Shown: positions 1 through 9,591 of the stretch, one piece after another
How the letters are laid out: every line of letters starts with the position of its first letter
Numbering within the stretch: the first letter of the stretch is position 1
Source of the DNA: an uncultured Deinococcales bacterium
GTDB lineage: Bacteria; Deinococcota; Deinococci; Deinococcales; JAAFIG01
Reading direction: 5' to 3'
DNA length: 15,184 nucleotides
Assembly (NCBI GenBank): GCA_964244895.1
Contig: CAXTKV010000065.1
Coordinates: 7,955 to 23,138 of the forward strand
Program-made: the position numbers and the translations under genes
Notes under the pieces: model-generated
Seen by the model: only the letters and a program-made list of their open reading frames with translations
Database searches by the model: none
Told to the model about the DNA's origin: nothing

Positions 1-14
1 CTCGAGCGAGACTG

Positions 15-20
15 TACGCT
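15..20 (+). promoter_or_regulatory. Putative -10 element, leaderless promoter
   Basis: TACGCT-N6-GTG(27); no Shine-Dalgarno (SD). Confidence 0.55.
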
Positions 21-26
21 GCTCGC

Positions 27-521
27 GTGGATCGAATCCTGATCACGGGCATGTCGGGCACGGGCAAAACGTCCGTGATCGAGGAACTGACGAAACGCGG
101 CTTGACCGCCATCGACACGGATTCCGAGGAATGGTGCGAGTGGACGCTCGAGCCATCGGGTGACGGGCCTTCGGAACCCGACTGGATCTGGCGCGAGGGC
201 AGGATGCTGCAACTCCTGACGGCATCTCGAGACGGACCTCTGTTCGTGAGTGGGTGCAAATCCAACCAGGGCCAGTTCTACCGGTATTTTGACCGGATCG
301 TGCTGCTCAGTGCGCCGCTCGAGGTCATGCTCGAGCGAATTGCACGGCGCACCAACAACCCCTACGGCAAAAGCGCGGAAGAACGGGATCAGATCATCCG
401 AAACACGCGGGAGATCGAACCGCTCTTGCGGCGCGGTGCGAGCGTCGAGTTCGACACGTCCACGATGACGGTTCCCGAGATCGCGGATCGGCTGATTGCC
501 TTGGCTGAGTCCCAAGCCTGA
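27..521 (+). CDS. P-loop nucleoside/nucleotide kinase-like protein (AAA_17/AAA_18-type)
   Basis: 164 aa; N-terminal Walker A GMSGTGKT followed by IDTD; lid-like ERIARRTNNPYGK; GTG start 6 nt after TACGCT. Confidence 0.8.
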   Translation: MDRILITGMSGTGKTSVIEELTKRGLTAIDTDSEEWCEWTLEPSGDGPSEPDWIWREGRMLQLLTASRDGPLFVSGCKSNQGQFYRYFDRIVLLSAPLEVMLERIARRTNNPYGKSAEERDQIIRNTREIEPLLRRGASVEFDTSTMTVPEIADRLIALAESQA

Positions 522-564
522 GGATTCGATGGAGACATCGAATTGAGCGCCTGTGACTCCCGAG

Positions 565-620
565 AAGACCGTCCAGCGCGGTGTTCTCTGAACCTCGAGA
601 ATTGCGTCCTGGACGGTCTT
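565..620. repeat. Palindromic intergenic repeat, copy 1 (long-spacer variant)
   Basis: AAGACCGTCCAG (565-576) ... CTGGACGGTCTT (609-620); CTCGAG within the spacer. Confidence 0.85.
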
Positions 621-646
621 ACTTGTATGCTCGAGAGCGAGAGATT

Positions 647-670
647 CGTCTGGGACAGACGTTTTTTGTT
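647..670 (+). terminator. Putative intrinsic terminator
   Basis: CGTCTG-GGA-CAGACG hairpin followed by TTTTTTGTT. Confidence 0.6.
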
Positions 671-673
671 TCT

Positions 674-682
674 TGGTAGACT
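674..682 (+). promoter_or_regulatory. Extended -10 element, leaderless promoter
   Basis: TGG-TAGACT-N6-GTG(689). Confidence 0.65.
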
Positions 683-688
683 GAAGGC

Positions 689-1273
689 GTGAAGGTCGGG
701 ATTCTGCTGTATCACGACGTGCTGGAACTGGACGCGGCGGGGCCGCTGACGGTCTTCCGCACCGCCGCGCGGTATACCGACGAAGCGCTCGAGGTCTTCA
801 CGTTGGGGCGCACGCGCTCCAGCGTCAAGGGCGCGAGTGGGCTGGTCATGACCCCGGAATACCCGATCGTGGGCAGCGCCCCCGACATGGACGCCCTGAT
901 CGTTCCCGGCGGCCCCGGCGCGGAAAAAGCCGGGCGAGACGCCAGCATCGGCGCGTTCCTGCGGGATCGCGTGCCCGGATTGCGCGCGGTGGGGTGCGTC
1001 TCGACGGGCGCGATGGTACTCGGTGAGGCGGGGTTGCTCGAGGGATTGACGGTCACGACCTGGCCGCCCTTGCTGGAAAAACTCTGGGCGTACAAACCTG
1101 CCGATGTCGTGCGGGATCGGGTCGTGCGCAACCCGAACCAGCGCTATTTTGCGGGCGAGATCGCGGCTGGTATCGACCTCGGCCTTCAGATCGTGGCGGA
1201 TTCATTGAGCCTTGAAGTGGCGCGCTCCACGGCGGAACACCTGGGGTACGCCTGGACGCCGCTCGAGCCGTAG
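689..1273 (+). CDS. DJ-1/PfpI family protein
   Basis: 194 aa; ELDAAGP, DALIVPGGPG, TGAMVLGEAGLL, AGIDLGL motifs of the class I glutamine amidotransferase-like fold. Confidence 0.9.
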   Translation: MKVGILLYHDVLELDAAGPLTVFRTAARYTDEALEVFTLGRTRSSVKGASGLVMTPEYPIVGSAPDMDALIVPGGPGAEKAGRDASIGAFLRDRVPGLRAVGCVSTGAMVLGEAGLLEGLTVTTWPPLLEKLWAYKPADVVRDRVVRNPNQRYFAGEIAAGIDLGLQIVADSLSLEVARSTAEHLGYAWTPLEP

Positions 1274-1281
1274 CGGGTCGT

Positions 1282-1304
1282 TCGAGAAGACCGTCCAGAA
1301 CGCA
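1282..1304. repeat. Palindromic repeat, copy 2 (left arm only)
   Basis: TCGAGAAGACCGTCCAGAACGCA matches the left arm; no right arm. Confidence 0.7.
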
Positions 1305-1314
1305 CCCGCCGGAG

Positions 1315-1342
1315 TTGCCAAGCGCGTGTGGCGGCGTAGAAT
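1315..1342 (+). promoter_or_regulatory. Sigma70-type promoter, leaderless
   Basis: TTGCCA-N16-TAGAAT-N6-ATG(1349). Confidence 0.7.
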
Positions 1343-1348
1343 CGGGCC

Positions 1349-2392
1349 ATGCTGGATTCTTTTGAACGCTACGAACTGGACACGACCTGGTTGGCGCGCG
1401 CGCTGGAAGCCCTGCCCGGCAGTTACGATGGCCCCGTCAGGGCGCTCCAGGCGCCTTACGGCGTGGTCGGTTTCGGCGAGGGCGCGTGGCCCGCAGAGTT
1501 CGCCCGGAGCTGGATTGACGCGGCCCTGGTGACGCAGGGCACGCAGTTCGTGCTGATGGGTGGTTTCGATTTCGGCGAGGCTGAAGCGGCCAGCATCATC
1601 GCGGAGGCGAGCGGTTCGACCGTGTACCGCATCGGTCTGGCGCAGCGTTCCAGGCGCGCCAGGCTCGAGGCTCGAGCCAGAAACCGACGCGCGGACCTGG
1701 AGGATGCGGACGGATATCCACTCGGCGCCGACGATGACGAACCTGACCCGGACGCCCTCGAGACGATCTCGACGCTGGACTTGAGCGCAGACGAGGTGCT
1801 CGAGGAGGCCGGGGTCGAGTACCCGGTGGCATCGTCCCCATTTTCCGCGTACCACTACCTTCAGGCGCTCAGTTACGCCACGGGTCGCGGCTCGAGCGCC
1901 GAGGCCGCAGACCGTCTGCTGCTGGTTCTGCGCGACCTCTACCGCACGGACATCCCCACCGACGAGAACCCCGCCAAGCGCCTGGCCTGGTCGCTGTGGA
2001 CGCGCACGCCACTGCTGATGGCCAACCAGAGCCACCTGCCGCAAGTCTGGGCCTGGCACGCGCACATCTCCCGGCTGGGCAAATCCATGAGCATCCCGCT
2101 CGAGCGCACGCCGTTGAGCGTCCTGGCGAGCAGCTTCGAGGCGCGCCACGAAACTGGCGACGCGCTGGTGACGCTGATGCTCGGCGGCGAGGACGAAGCC
2201 CTGCGTCTGGCCCGAGAAATTCTCGAGACGCGCATCGACGAGGTCATCGCCGTGCCCGCGCCCGAAGCCGAACCCTACGCGGCGGGCTTGGGCTTGTGGT
2301 ACCTCGGCGCGTGGGTCGGCTTCTACCTGGCGATGCTCTACGGCATCGACCCGAAGGATTCGACCGCGCTGGATCGGTTGCGCGACCTGTGA
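1349..2392 (+). CDS. SIS domain-containing protein (resembles the bifunctional PGI/PMI C-terminal domain)
   Basis: 347 aa; ENPAKRLAWSLWTRTP motif and C-terminal GFYLAMLYGIDP typical of SIS/PGI-PMI-like proteins; activity not established. Confidence 0.7.
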   Translation: MLDSFERYELDTTWLARALEALPGSYDGPVRALQAPYGVVGFGEGAWPAEFARSWIDAALVTQGTQFVLMGGFDFGEAEAASIIAEASGSTVYRIGLAQRSRRARLEARARNRRADLEDADGYPLGADDDEPDPDALETISTLDLSADEVLEEAGVEYPVASSPFSAYHYLQALSYATGRGSSAEAADRLLLVLRDLYRTDIPTDENPAKRLAWSLWTRTPLLMANQSHLPQVWAWHAHISRLGKSMSIPLERTPLSVLASSFEARHETGDALVTLMLGGEDEALRLAREILETRIDEVIAVPAPEAEPYAAGLGLWYLGAWVGFYLAMLYGIDPKDSTALDRLRDL

Positions 2393-2410
2393 GCCGTTTA
2401 GGATGCCCCG

Positions 2411-2454
2411 ACACCGTCCAGGACGCGTATTCAATCTCGCGTCCTGGACGGTGT
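2411..2454. repeat. Palindromic repeat, copy 3
   Basis: Perfect 17-bp stem ACACCGTCCAGGACGCG / CGCGTCCTGGACGGTGT, 10-nt loop, followed by TTTCTCGAG. Confidence 0.95.
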
Positions 2455-2471
2455 TTTCTCGAGGTGTGCGC

Positions 2472-3479
2472 GTGAATGCTCGCGTGGCTGCGCTGGTTGG
2501 GCTGGTGGCGTTGATCGTCGGTGGAGCCCTGGGCTTCGGCCTGGGTTCTCGAGCCTCGAGCCAGACTGCGCCAACCCCCAGCTTGGACGCCAGCGCGATC
2601 TACGCCGCCGCCAAGGACGCTATTCTGACGGTGCGAACGGACGCCGTGCGGCTCGACAACGGCGATTTGCGCGGCCTGGGCACGGCTTTTCACGTCGGGG
2701 ACGGCTACTACGTCACCAGCGCGCACGTCGTCGAGAACGCCCGCAAGGTTTATCTGGATTCCTCCGACCGACCGCTCGCCAGAATAGACGTACCCCGAGA
2801 CGACGGCCTGACCTTCGAGGCGCGCATCGTCGCGATGGACAAAATCGGTGATATCGCGCTGCTGAAAGGCAAACCCGTCAGCGCCAAGCTCCTCTGGGCC
2901 GACACCGCGCCCGCCATCGGCGCGAGCGTTTACGCCATTGGCAACCCGCGCGGCGATTCGGCGCGGTCGCTCTCGAGCGGCGTGATTTCCGGACTGAACC
3001 GTTTCGTCAACGGCGGCGACCGGCAACTCGAGGGCTTGCTGCAGACGGACACCGCCATGAACCCCGGCAACTCCGGCGGGCCGCTCCTGGACGCGTCCGG
3101 GCGGATCGTCGGGCTGAACGCCGCGATCCTGTCCTCGACGGGCAATTTTGCGGGCATCGCCTACAGCGTCCCGGCAGCCCGCGTGCGGGTCGTGACTGAA
3201 GCCATGCGCGACGGACGCAAACTCGAGCGACCCAGCCTGGGCGCGACCGGAGACCCCGCCGAACCCGCCAAACTGAGCGCCATTTTGCCCGGTTCCGCCG
3301 CCGAACGCGCCGGATTGAAACCCGGCGATCTGGTGCTGAGCGCCGACGGCCAGGACATCATGACCTTCGCCGAACTGACCGCGCTGATCGGGAATCGAGC
3401 GCCCGATTCCAGCCTGAAATTGCTGATCGAGCGCCAGAAGAAACTTCAGACCCTCGAAGTTCAACTCAAAGCGCCGTAA
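2472..3479 (+). CDS. HtrA/DegP-like S1C serine protease with N-terminal membrane anchor and one PDZ domain
   Basis: TSAHVV (His), GDIALL (Asp), GNSGGP (Ser); PDZ segment GSAAERAGLKPGDLVL; GTG at 2472 after GAGGTG preferred over ORF-track start 2403, which runs through the repeat. Confidence 0.9.
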   Translation: MNARVAALVGLVALIVGGALGFGLGSRASSQTAPTPSLDASAIYAAAKDAILTVRTDAVRLDNGDLRGLGTAFHVGDGYYVTSAHVVENARKVYLDSSDRPLARIDVPRDDGLTFEARIVAMDKIGDIALLKGKPVSAKLLWADTAPAIGASVYAIGNPRGDSARSLSSGVISGLNRFVNGGDRQLEGLLQTDTAMNPGNSGGPLLDASGRIVGLNAAILSSTGNFAGIAYSVPAARVRVVTEAMRDGRKLERPSLGATGDPAEPAKLSAILPGSAAERAGLKPGDLVLSADGQDIMTFAELTALIGNRAPDSSLKLLIERQKKLQTLEVQLKAP

Positions 3480-3482
3480 GAT
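3477..3482 (+). promoter_or_regulatory. Putative -10 element overlapping the protease stop codon, leaderless promoter
   Basis: TAAGAT-N6-ATG(3489). Confidence 0.55.
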
Positions 3483-3488
3483 TCAGTC

Positions 3489-3869
3489 ATGAACCCCGAA
3501 GAAATCAAATTGCTGATCGAGGACGCCGTGCGCCGCACCGTGCGACCGCTCGAGGACGAGCTTCACAGCTTGCGCCTCGAGGTGGCGCGGTTGAAAGGAT
3601 CGTCCCAGACGGTTTCGAGCGGACAGATTCTCGCCGAGCCGAACGCTGAGACCTCGAGCCCGATTCCTGAGCCCGAGACGCCCTTGAATCCTGTCGTCTC
3701 GAGCCAAGCCGCTGCGCCCGAATTGCCCGTCGAGGTTCCGCCCGAACGCACGGACTTCGCGCGGTTCCTTCAGCGCGGCTTGCAGCAGGAAGCCGAGGAG
3801 TACACCGAGGACAAGATGAAAGATGCTGATGCGAAGAAAAAACCCGGCTGGAACCCGTTCAAACGCTGA
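3489..3869 (+). CDS. Hypothetical protein (N-terminal coiled coil, Pro/Glu-rich linker, basic C-terminus)
   Basis: 126 aa; fills the gap co-directionally; heptad-like LEDELHSLRLEVARLK; ends KKKPGWNPFKR. Confidence 0.75.
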   Translation: MNPEEIKLLIEDAVRRTVRPLEDELHSLRLEVARLKGSSQTVSSGQILAEPNAETSSPIPEPETPLNPVVSSQAAAPELPVEVPPERTDFARFLQRGLQQEAEEYTEDKMKDADAKKKPGWNPFKR

Positions 3870-3899
3870 ATCTGCGCGCAGTCATCGAAGGGGTGTCGG

Positions 3900-4883
3900 A
3901 TGGAATTCACGAAGCTCGGAAGCACCGGAATGGATGTTTCTCGAATCTGTCTGGGCTGCATGGGATTCGGCGATGCGGAACGTTGGGTTCACAAATGGGT
4001 GCTGAACGAGGACAACAGCCGTCCGGTGATCAAGAAAGCCCTGGATCTGGGAATCAATTTCTTCGATACCGCCAACATCTATTCCATCGGCAAGAGCGAG
4101 GAAATCCTCGGGCGCGCATTAAAGGACTTCGCGCGTCGGGACGAGGTCGTGATTGCCACCAAGGTTCACGGCATCATGCGCGAAGGCCCCAATGGAGGCG
4201 GGCTCTCTCGCAAGGCGATCCTGAGCGAGATTGACCACAGCCTGAAGCGCCTCGAGACGGATTACGTCGATCTCTATCAGATTCACCGCTGGGACTACGA
4301 AACCCCGATAGAGGAAACCATGGAAGCCCTGCACGACGTGGTCAGGGCTGGCAAGGCCCGTTACATCGGCGCTTCCGCCATGTTCGCTTGGCAGTTTCAG
4401 AAGGCGCTCTTCGTCGCGGAAAAACACGGCTGGACGCGCTTCGTCTCGATGCAGGATCACCTGAACCTGATCTACCGCGAGGAAGAGCGCGAGATGCTGC
4501 CGCTCTGCCGCGAGGAGGGGATCGGCGTGATCCCCTACAGCCCGCTCGCGTCTGGAAGGTTGACGCGCGAGTGGTCGTCGCAGAGCACGCTCCGTTCCGA
4601 AACCGACAACATCGCCAAATTCAAGTACGACGCGACCGCCGAAACCGATCAACACGTCGTGAGGCGCGTCGCGGAAATCGCCGAAAAGCACGGGGTTCCT
4701 CGAGCTCACATCGCGCTGGCTTGGTTGTTGCAAAAGCAGCCGGTGGCCGCACCGATCATCGGGGCGACCAAGATCGCGCACCTGGAAGATGCCGTCGGTG
4801 CGCTGGCCGTGCGACTGACCCAGGAAGAGGTCGCGTACCTGGAAGCGCCCTATGTGCCCCACATCATCGTCGGTCATCGGTGA
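3900..4883 (+). CDS. Aldo/keto reductase (YajO-like)
   Basis: 327 aa; LGCMGFG, FFDTANIY, IATK, DYVDLYQIHRWD, IPYSPLASG, PIIGATK; SD-like GAAGGGG upstream. Confidence 0.95.
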   Translation: MEFTKLGSTGMDVSRICLGCMGFGDAERWVHKWVLNEDNSRPVIKKALDLGINFFDTANIYSIGKSEEILGRALKDFARRDEVVIATKVHGIMREGPNGGGLSRKAILSEIDHSLKRLETDYVDLYQIHRWDYETPIEETMEALHDVVRAGKARYIGASAMFAWQFQKALFVAEKHGWTRFVSMQDHLNLIYREEEREMLPLCREEGIGVIPYSPLASGRLTREWSSQSTLRSETDNIAKFKYDATAETDQHVVRRVAEIAEKHGVPRAHIALAWLLQKQPVAAPIIGATKIAHLEDAVGALAVRLTQEEVAYLEAPYVPHIIVGHR

Positions 4884-4894
4884 ACTCGAACCAG

Positions 4895-4934
4895 ACCGTC
4901 CAGCATGCACTCGGGAATCTACGTGCTGGACGGT
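4895..4934. repeat. Palindromic repeat, copy 4
   Basis: ACCGTCCAGCATGCA-N10-TACGTGCTGGACGGT, starting 12 nt after the reductase stop. Confidence 0.9.
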
Positions 4935-5089
4935 GCTCTTGGCATTCAAATCGGTCCGAGATCACCTTGCGGCGTAAACTGACCCGACCACCGACCGATT
5001 GAACACGTTCGCGTTTTAGAAACCTGCATCGCCCGTGACTCGAGCCGCGTGCTCGAGTGGTACGGCTTTGAGTTCAAGAAAAGGAGCAC

Positions 5090-5608
5090 ATGGAGATTCC
5101 CGTTTTTTACGATTACCTGATGCGCGCCCGCCGCGACCTGTGGGCGTTCCTGACGACCGTGCCGGACGAAGTTCTCTCAAAATCTGTCATCCCCGGCGAG
5201 CGCTTTCATTCGATCAAAGACTTGGTCTTGCACGTTCCCGTGATCGAGGATTCCTGGGTTCACGAGGACATCCTGCGCGACACACCGGTATGGGAATCTC
5301 TTGATGGGTTTCCAGACGTGATGGAAAGGCCGTACCACGATGACAAATCCCTCGCGTGGATGCTGGCGTACTGGCGCGACGTGGAAGCCTCGAGCCTGGA
5401 GTATTTCAAGGAGCTCGACCCTGCGGAACTCGCTCGAGCCGTCCTGATGGACGATGGCGGGCGCTTCACCGTTGAAGGCGTCCTCTGGCATGTCATGCAG
5501 CACGAGGTTCGGCACACCGCCCAGATCGCGCTGTTGTGTCGGCTCCAGGGGTACGGGCCACCTCAACTCGATCTGAACCGTTACATCCGAGTCTCGAGTC
5601 CAACCTGA
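5090..5608 (+). CDS. DinB/YfiT family protein
   Basis: 172 aa; SIKDLVLH...E and HVMQHEVRHTAQI metal-binding His pattern; SD AAAGGAG upstream. Confidence 0.9.
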   Translation: MEIPVFYDYLMRARRDLWAFLTTVPDEVLSKSVIPGERFHSIKDLVLHVPVIEDSWVHEDILRDTPVWESLDGFPDVMERPYHDDKSLAWMLAYWRDVEASSLEYFKELDPAELARAVLMDDGGRFTVEGVLWHVMQHEVRHTAQIALLCRLQGYGPPQLDLNRYIRVSSPT

Positions 5609-5716
5609 ATCTCGAGAACGTTCGTACCGTCATATCGTTTGACTGAATTTTTGTGTCGGCTGATGACCCTACACGCTTGAGGTTCCCCGGCGTCAAATGC
5701 GATTCCAGATCACCAC

Positions 5717-5764
5717 GAACACCGTCCAGCACGGGAATCCCGAAATGCGTGCTGGACGGTGTTC
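5717..5764. repeat. Palindromic repeat, copy 5
   Basis: Perfect 17-bp stem GAACACCGTCCAGCACG / CGTGCTGGACGGTGTTC. Confidence 0.95.
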
Positions 5765-5979
5765 CTTGGAACCTGAGCTTTTATGAAGTGCGACCCCTCA
5801 CTGGATGGGCTCGGGTGCAAGCCAGCCAAACGTATCACTTCAGAACCGCGGGAATTGCGTGCAGGAAGCAAAAAAGAAGCCGTTTCACCCAAAAGACCTG
5901 CACCGCAGTACCATTGTGGAACCCGTGACAATCGCGGGGTTCGGAACCGGCGCGAAACGATCTTCTCGGGGGTGAGACG

Positions 5980-7995
5980 ATGATACGTAGCGGGTGGATT
6001 TCCATTGCGGCATTGTTCGTGTGTGGCACGCTGGTCGGTCTGGTTCGGGCCGCTCAACCACCAACTCGAGTACCTCCTGTCGGCCCTCTGCCCGTCATCG
6101 CGTCCACGGACGCGGCACCGCTCGACGGTTCCGTGGCCCTGGGGGTCTGCGCCGATTTCAAACTCAACCTGGGGGTCACGACGGTTGATCTGCCCGAGAT
6201 CGTGAGCAAGGGCGGCGATCCGGGATGGATATGGGTTCAAAAAGCTGTTCCTTCCGCCGCACGCTACCGGTCGGTGGTCGGCACGGTCACGAAAAGCCAA
6301 GTGACGTACGAGGATTTTCCCGCGTTGCACGATTCGCACGACATGAATGTGATCGTAAAGGTTGACCCGGCATATCGCGATCTGCTTTCCGATTCGAACG
6401 AACCGAACGAAGCCGATGAGGACGCTGTCCTTCCGGCCACATCAATCGAAACCGAATGGGAGATCGGAACCTTCCCCAACGAACACGCCAAGAACTCGCC
6501 GGAACGCTTCATGCCCAAGTGGACCTGGCCGAGCATCGGGGATCGCGTCTGGATCGAAGGCAACTGGATTTTCGATTGCGGTCACCCGAAGCTCATCGGC
6601 GGCAAAAAGCACTACCGCACCGAAATCCATCCGCCTCGAGCCATCGCGACCATGCACCAGCAGGTTCGCCGCATGGCGGCGGCCAACGCTTTCGTGCCCG
6701 TGACTGCGACCAATTTGTACATCCACGGTCGCGGCGGGTACATCACGGACACGCTCAACTGCGGGGCGAAACTGATCGTGTCCTCCAACCCGAATTCCTG
6801 CCCGACCAAGACCACGCCGATCAACGACCGGTACGAGTTCGACATCCTGGCTCCACCCAGAACCAGCCCGAGCGCCAGCCTGATCACGGAAATCGTGACC
6901 GGGCCGGGCAACAACGTTTCCATCGCTCCGATACTCGAGGCGCACCCGGAGAACAACCCGCCGAGCGTCCACGTCACGGTTCCGCTGAAGGGAACCGGCG
7001 TGCAACCGACCGACACCTACGCCCGCCGGATTTACGTCGGCTGGAACGTGCCATCCCGCCGGAACGTGCTGCATCTGCGCACGACCCTCAGCAAGATGGA
7101 TTTGCACGAGGATCAGGATCTCGATCCGGGCGATTGCGAATGCACGTTCTTCTGGATGAACATCAACAAGGCCGAGAACGCCTGGATTCGCCTGTCCGAT
7201 TTCGCGCAGGGCAACATGAACGACTACGACGACGATGGCGGCCTGGGGAATGGCGAAATGAGTTTCCGGGGGGCCACATTCGATTTTTACCTGCTGGACG
7301 GGGACACGTTCACCGTGCGAGCGAACGGTTACGATCAGGATTGCTTCGATAATCTGTTCGGCAACCACAAGTTCACGGTCTCGTCCTTCGCCAACTGCTA
7401 CATTGGCACGGGCGCGTTCAAAGCAGAACCTGGCGACAACGACCCGTTTGCGGCACTCGAGAAGAATTACGGCGCGCCGTCCTACGGAACCGGTAAACAG
7501 GACGTGACGGCCAAGGGCGAGTACGAACTCGAGTTCACCACCACGCTGCTTGAAACCATCCCGCCACCACCCGACCCGACCAAGACCAAGATCGGTGAGC
7601 GCGCCCGCGTCAAGATCAACTACATCACCATCGTCGACGATTGCGACGGTTTCGGCGCGGGTGACGGAGACATGTACGGCGAGCTTCGCGTCAACGGGCA
7701 GCTGCTGTGGTCGGTGCCCGAAAGTCAGAACATCAAGCGCGGCGATGGCGACCGGATCGAGATCAACCGATTCGTGGATCAGAACTTCCTGAATGCCTCC
7801 GGCGGTGGTTTTCAAATCACGGGTTTCGTCAACGACAGCGACAGCGGCCTGACGGGCAAAGACGACAAGGTCGGCGTCTGGAACCTGACCGAAAACTTCC
7901 CGTTCAATTACGGCAACCGCGACGTTCGCAGCAAACCCGACTGCGAATCGCGCCTGAATTACACCGTCGAAAAAGTCAACGATATCGTTCAGTAA
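5980..7995 (+). CDS. Secreted multidomain protein of unknown function
   Basis: 671 aa; signal-peptide-like N-terminus ending VRA; GGGGGTGA SD; GC3-biased codons; WIEGNWIFDCGH...TEIHP motif; two Asp-rich beta domains separated by PPPPDP. Confidence 0.8.
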   Translation: MIRSGWISIAALFVCGTLVGLVRAAQPPTRVPPVGPLPVIASTDAAPLDGSVALGVCADFKLNLGVTTVDLPEIVSKGGDPGWIWVQKAVPSAARYRSVVGTVTKSQVTYEDFPALHDSHDMNVIVKVDPAYRDLLSDSNEPNEADEDAVLPATSIETEWEIGTFPNEHAKNSPERFMPKWTWPSIGDRVWIEGNWIFDCGHPKLIGGKKHYRTEIHPPRAIATMHQQVRRMAAANAFVPVTATNLYIHGRGGYITDTLNCGAKLIVSSNPNSCPTKTTPINDRYEFDILAPPRTSPSASLITEIVTGPGNNVSIAPILEAHPENNPPSVHVTVPLKGTGVQPTDTYARRIYVGWNVPSRRNVLHLRTTLSKMDLHEDQDLDPGDCECTFFWMNINKAENAWIRLSDFAQGNMNDYDDDGGLGNGEMSFRGATFDFYLLDGDTFTVRANGYDQDCFDNLFGNHKFTVSSFANCYIGTGAFKAEPGDNDPFAALEKNYGAPSYGTGKQDVTAKGEYELEFTTTLLETIPPPPDPTKTKIGERARVKINYITIVDDCDGFGAGDGDMYGELRVNGQLLWSVPESQNIKRGDGDRIEINRFVDQNFLNASGGGFQITGFVNDSDSGLTGKDDKVGVWNLTENFPFNYGNRDVRSKPDCESRLNYTVEKVNDIVQ

Positions 7996-8003
7996 GCCCG
8001 ATA

Positions 8004-8055
8004 TTCTCGAGAACACCGTCCAGCACGCGAATCCTGAATGCGTGCTGGACGGTGT
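8004..8055. repeat. Palindromic repeat, copy 6, between convergent stop codons
   Basis: TTCTCGAGA followed by 16-bp stem ACACCGTCCAGCACGC / GCGTGCTGGACGGTGT; fills most of the 64-nt gap. Confidence 0.95.
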
Positions 8056-8059
8056 CGGC

Positions 8060-9505
<1,446 letters not shown>

Positions 9506-9518
9506 GGTGAACCTCATT

Positions 9519-9550
9519 CAAAGACGCCCGAGCCAGTCTGGACTCGAGCG
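9519..9550 (-). promoter_or_regulatory. Hairpin in cysS leader (candidate attenuator)
   Basis: Minus strand CGCTCGAGTC-CAGACT-GGCTCGGGCG (10 bp, 2 G.U) followed by TCTTTG, just before the cysS SD. Confidence 0.4.
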
Positions 9551-9591
9551 GGAAAGGGCGTGTCAGGAAACCGGACAGGCGTGAAAGCCGC

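Noticed and set aside
2403..2471. N-terminal extension of the protease from the ORF track
   Set aside because: It translates the palindromic repeat; GTG 2472 has an SD and puts the hydrophobic anchor at the N-terminus
1202..3464. 410-aa and 406-aa - strand ORFs
   Set aside because: Antisense to well-supported SIS and protease genes
5001..5010. LexA (Cheo) box or DdrO site upstream of the DinB-family gene
   Set aside because: GAACACGTTC has a 2-nt rather than 4-nt spacer, and I see no 17-bp RDRM-like palindrome
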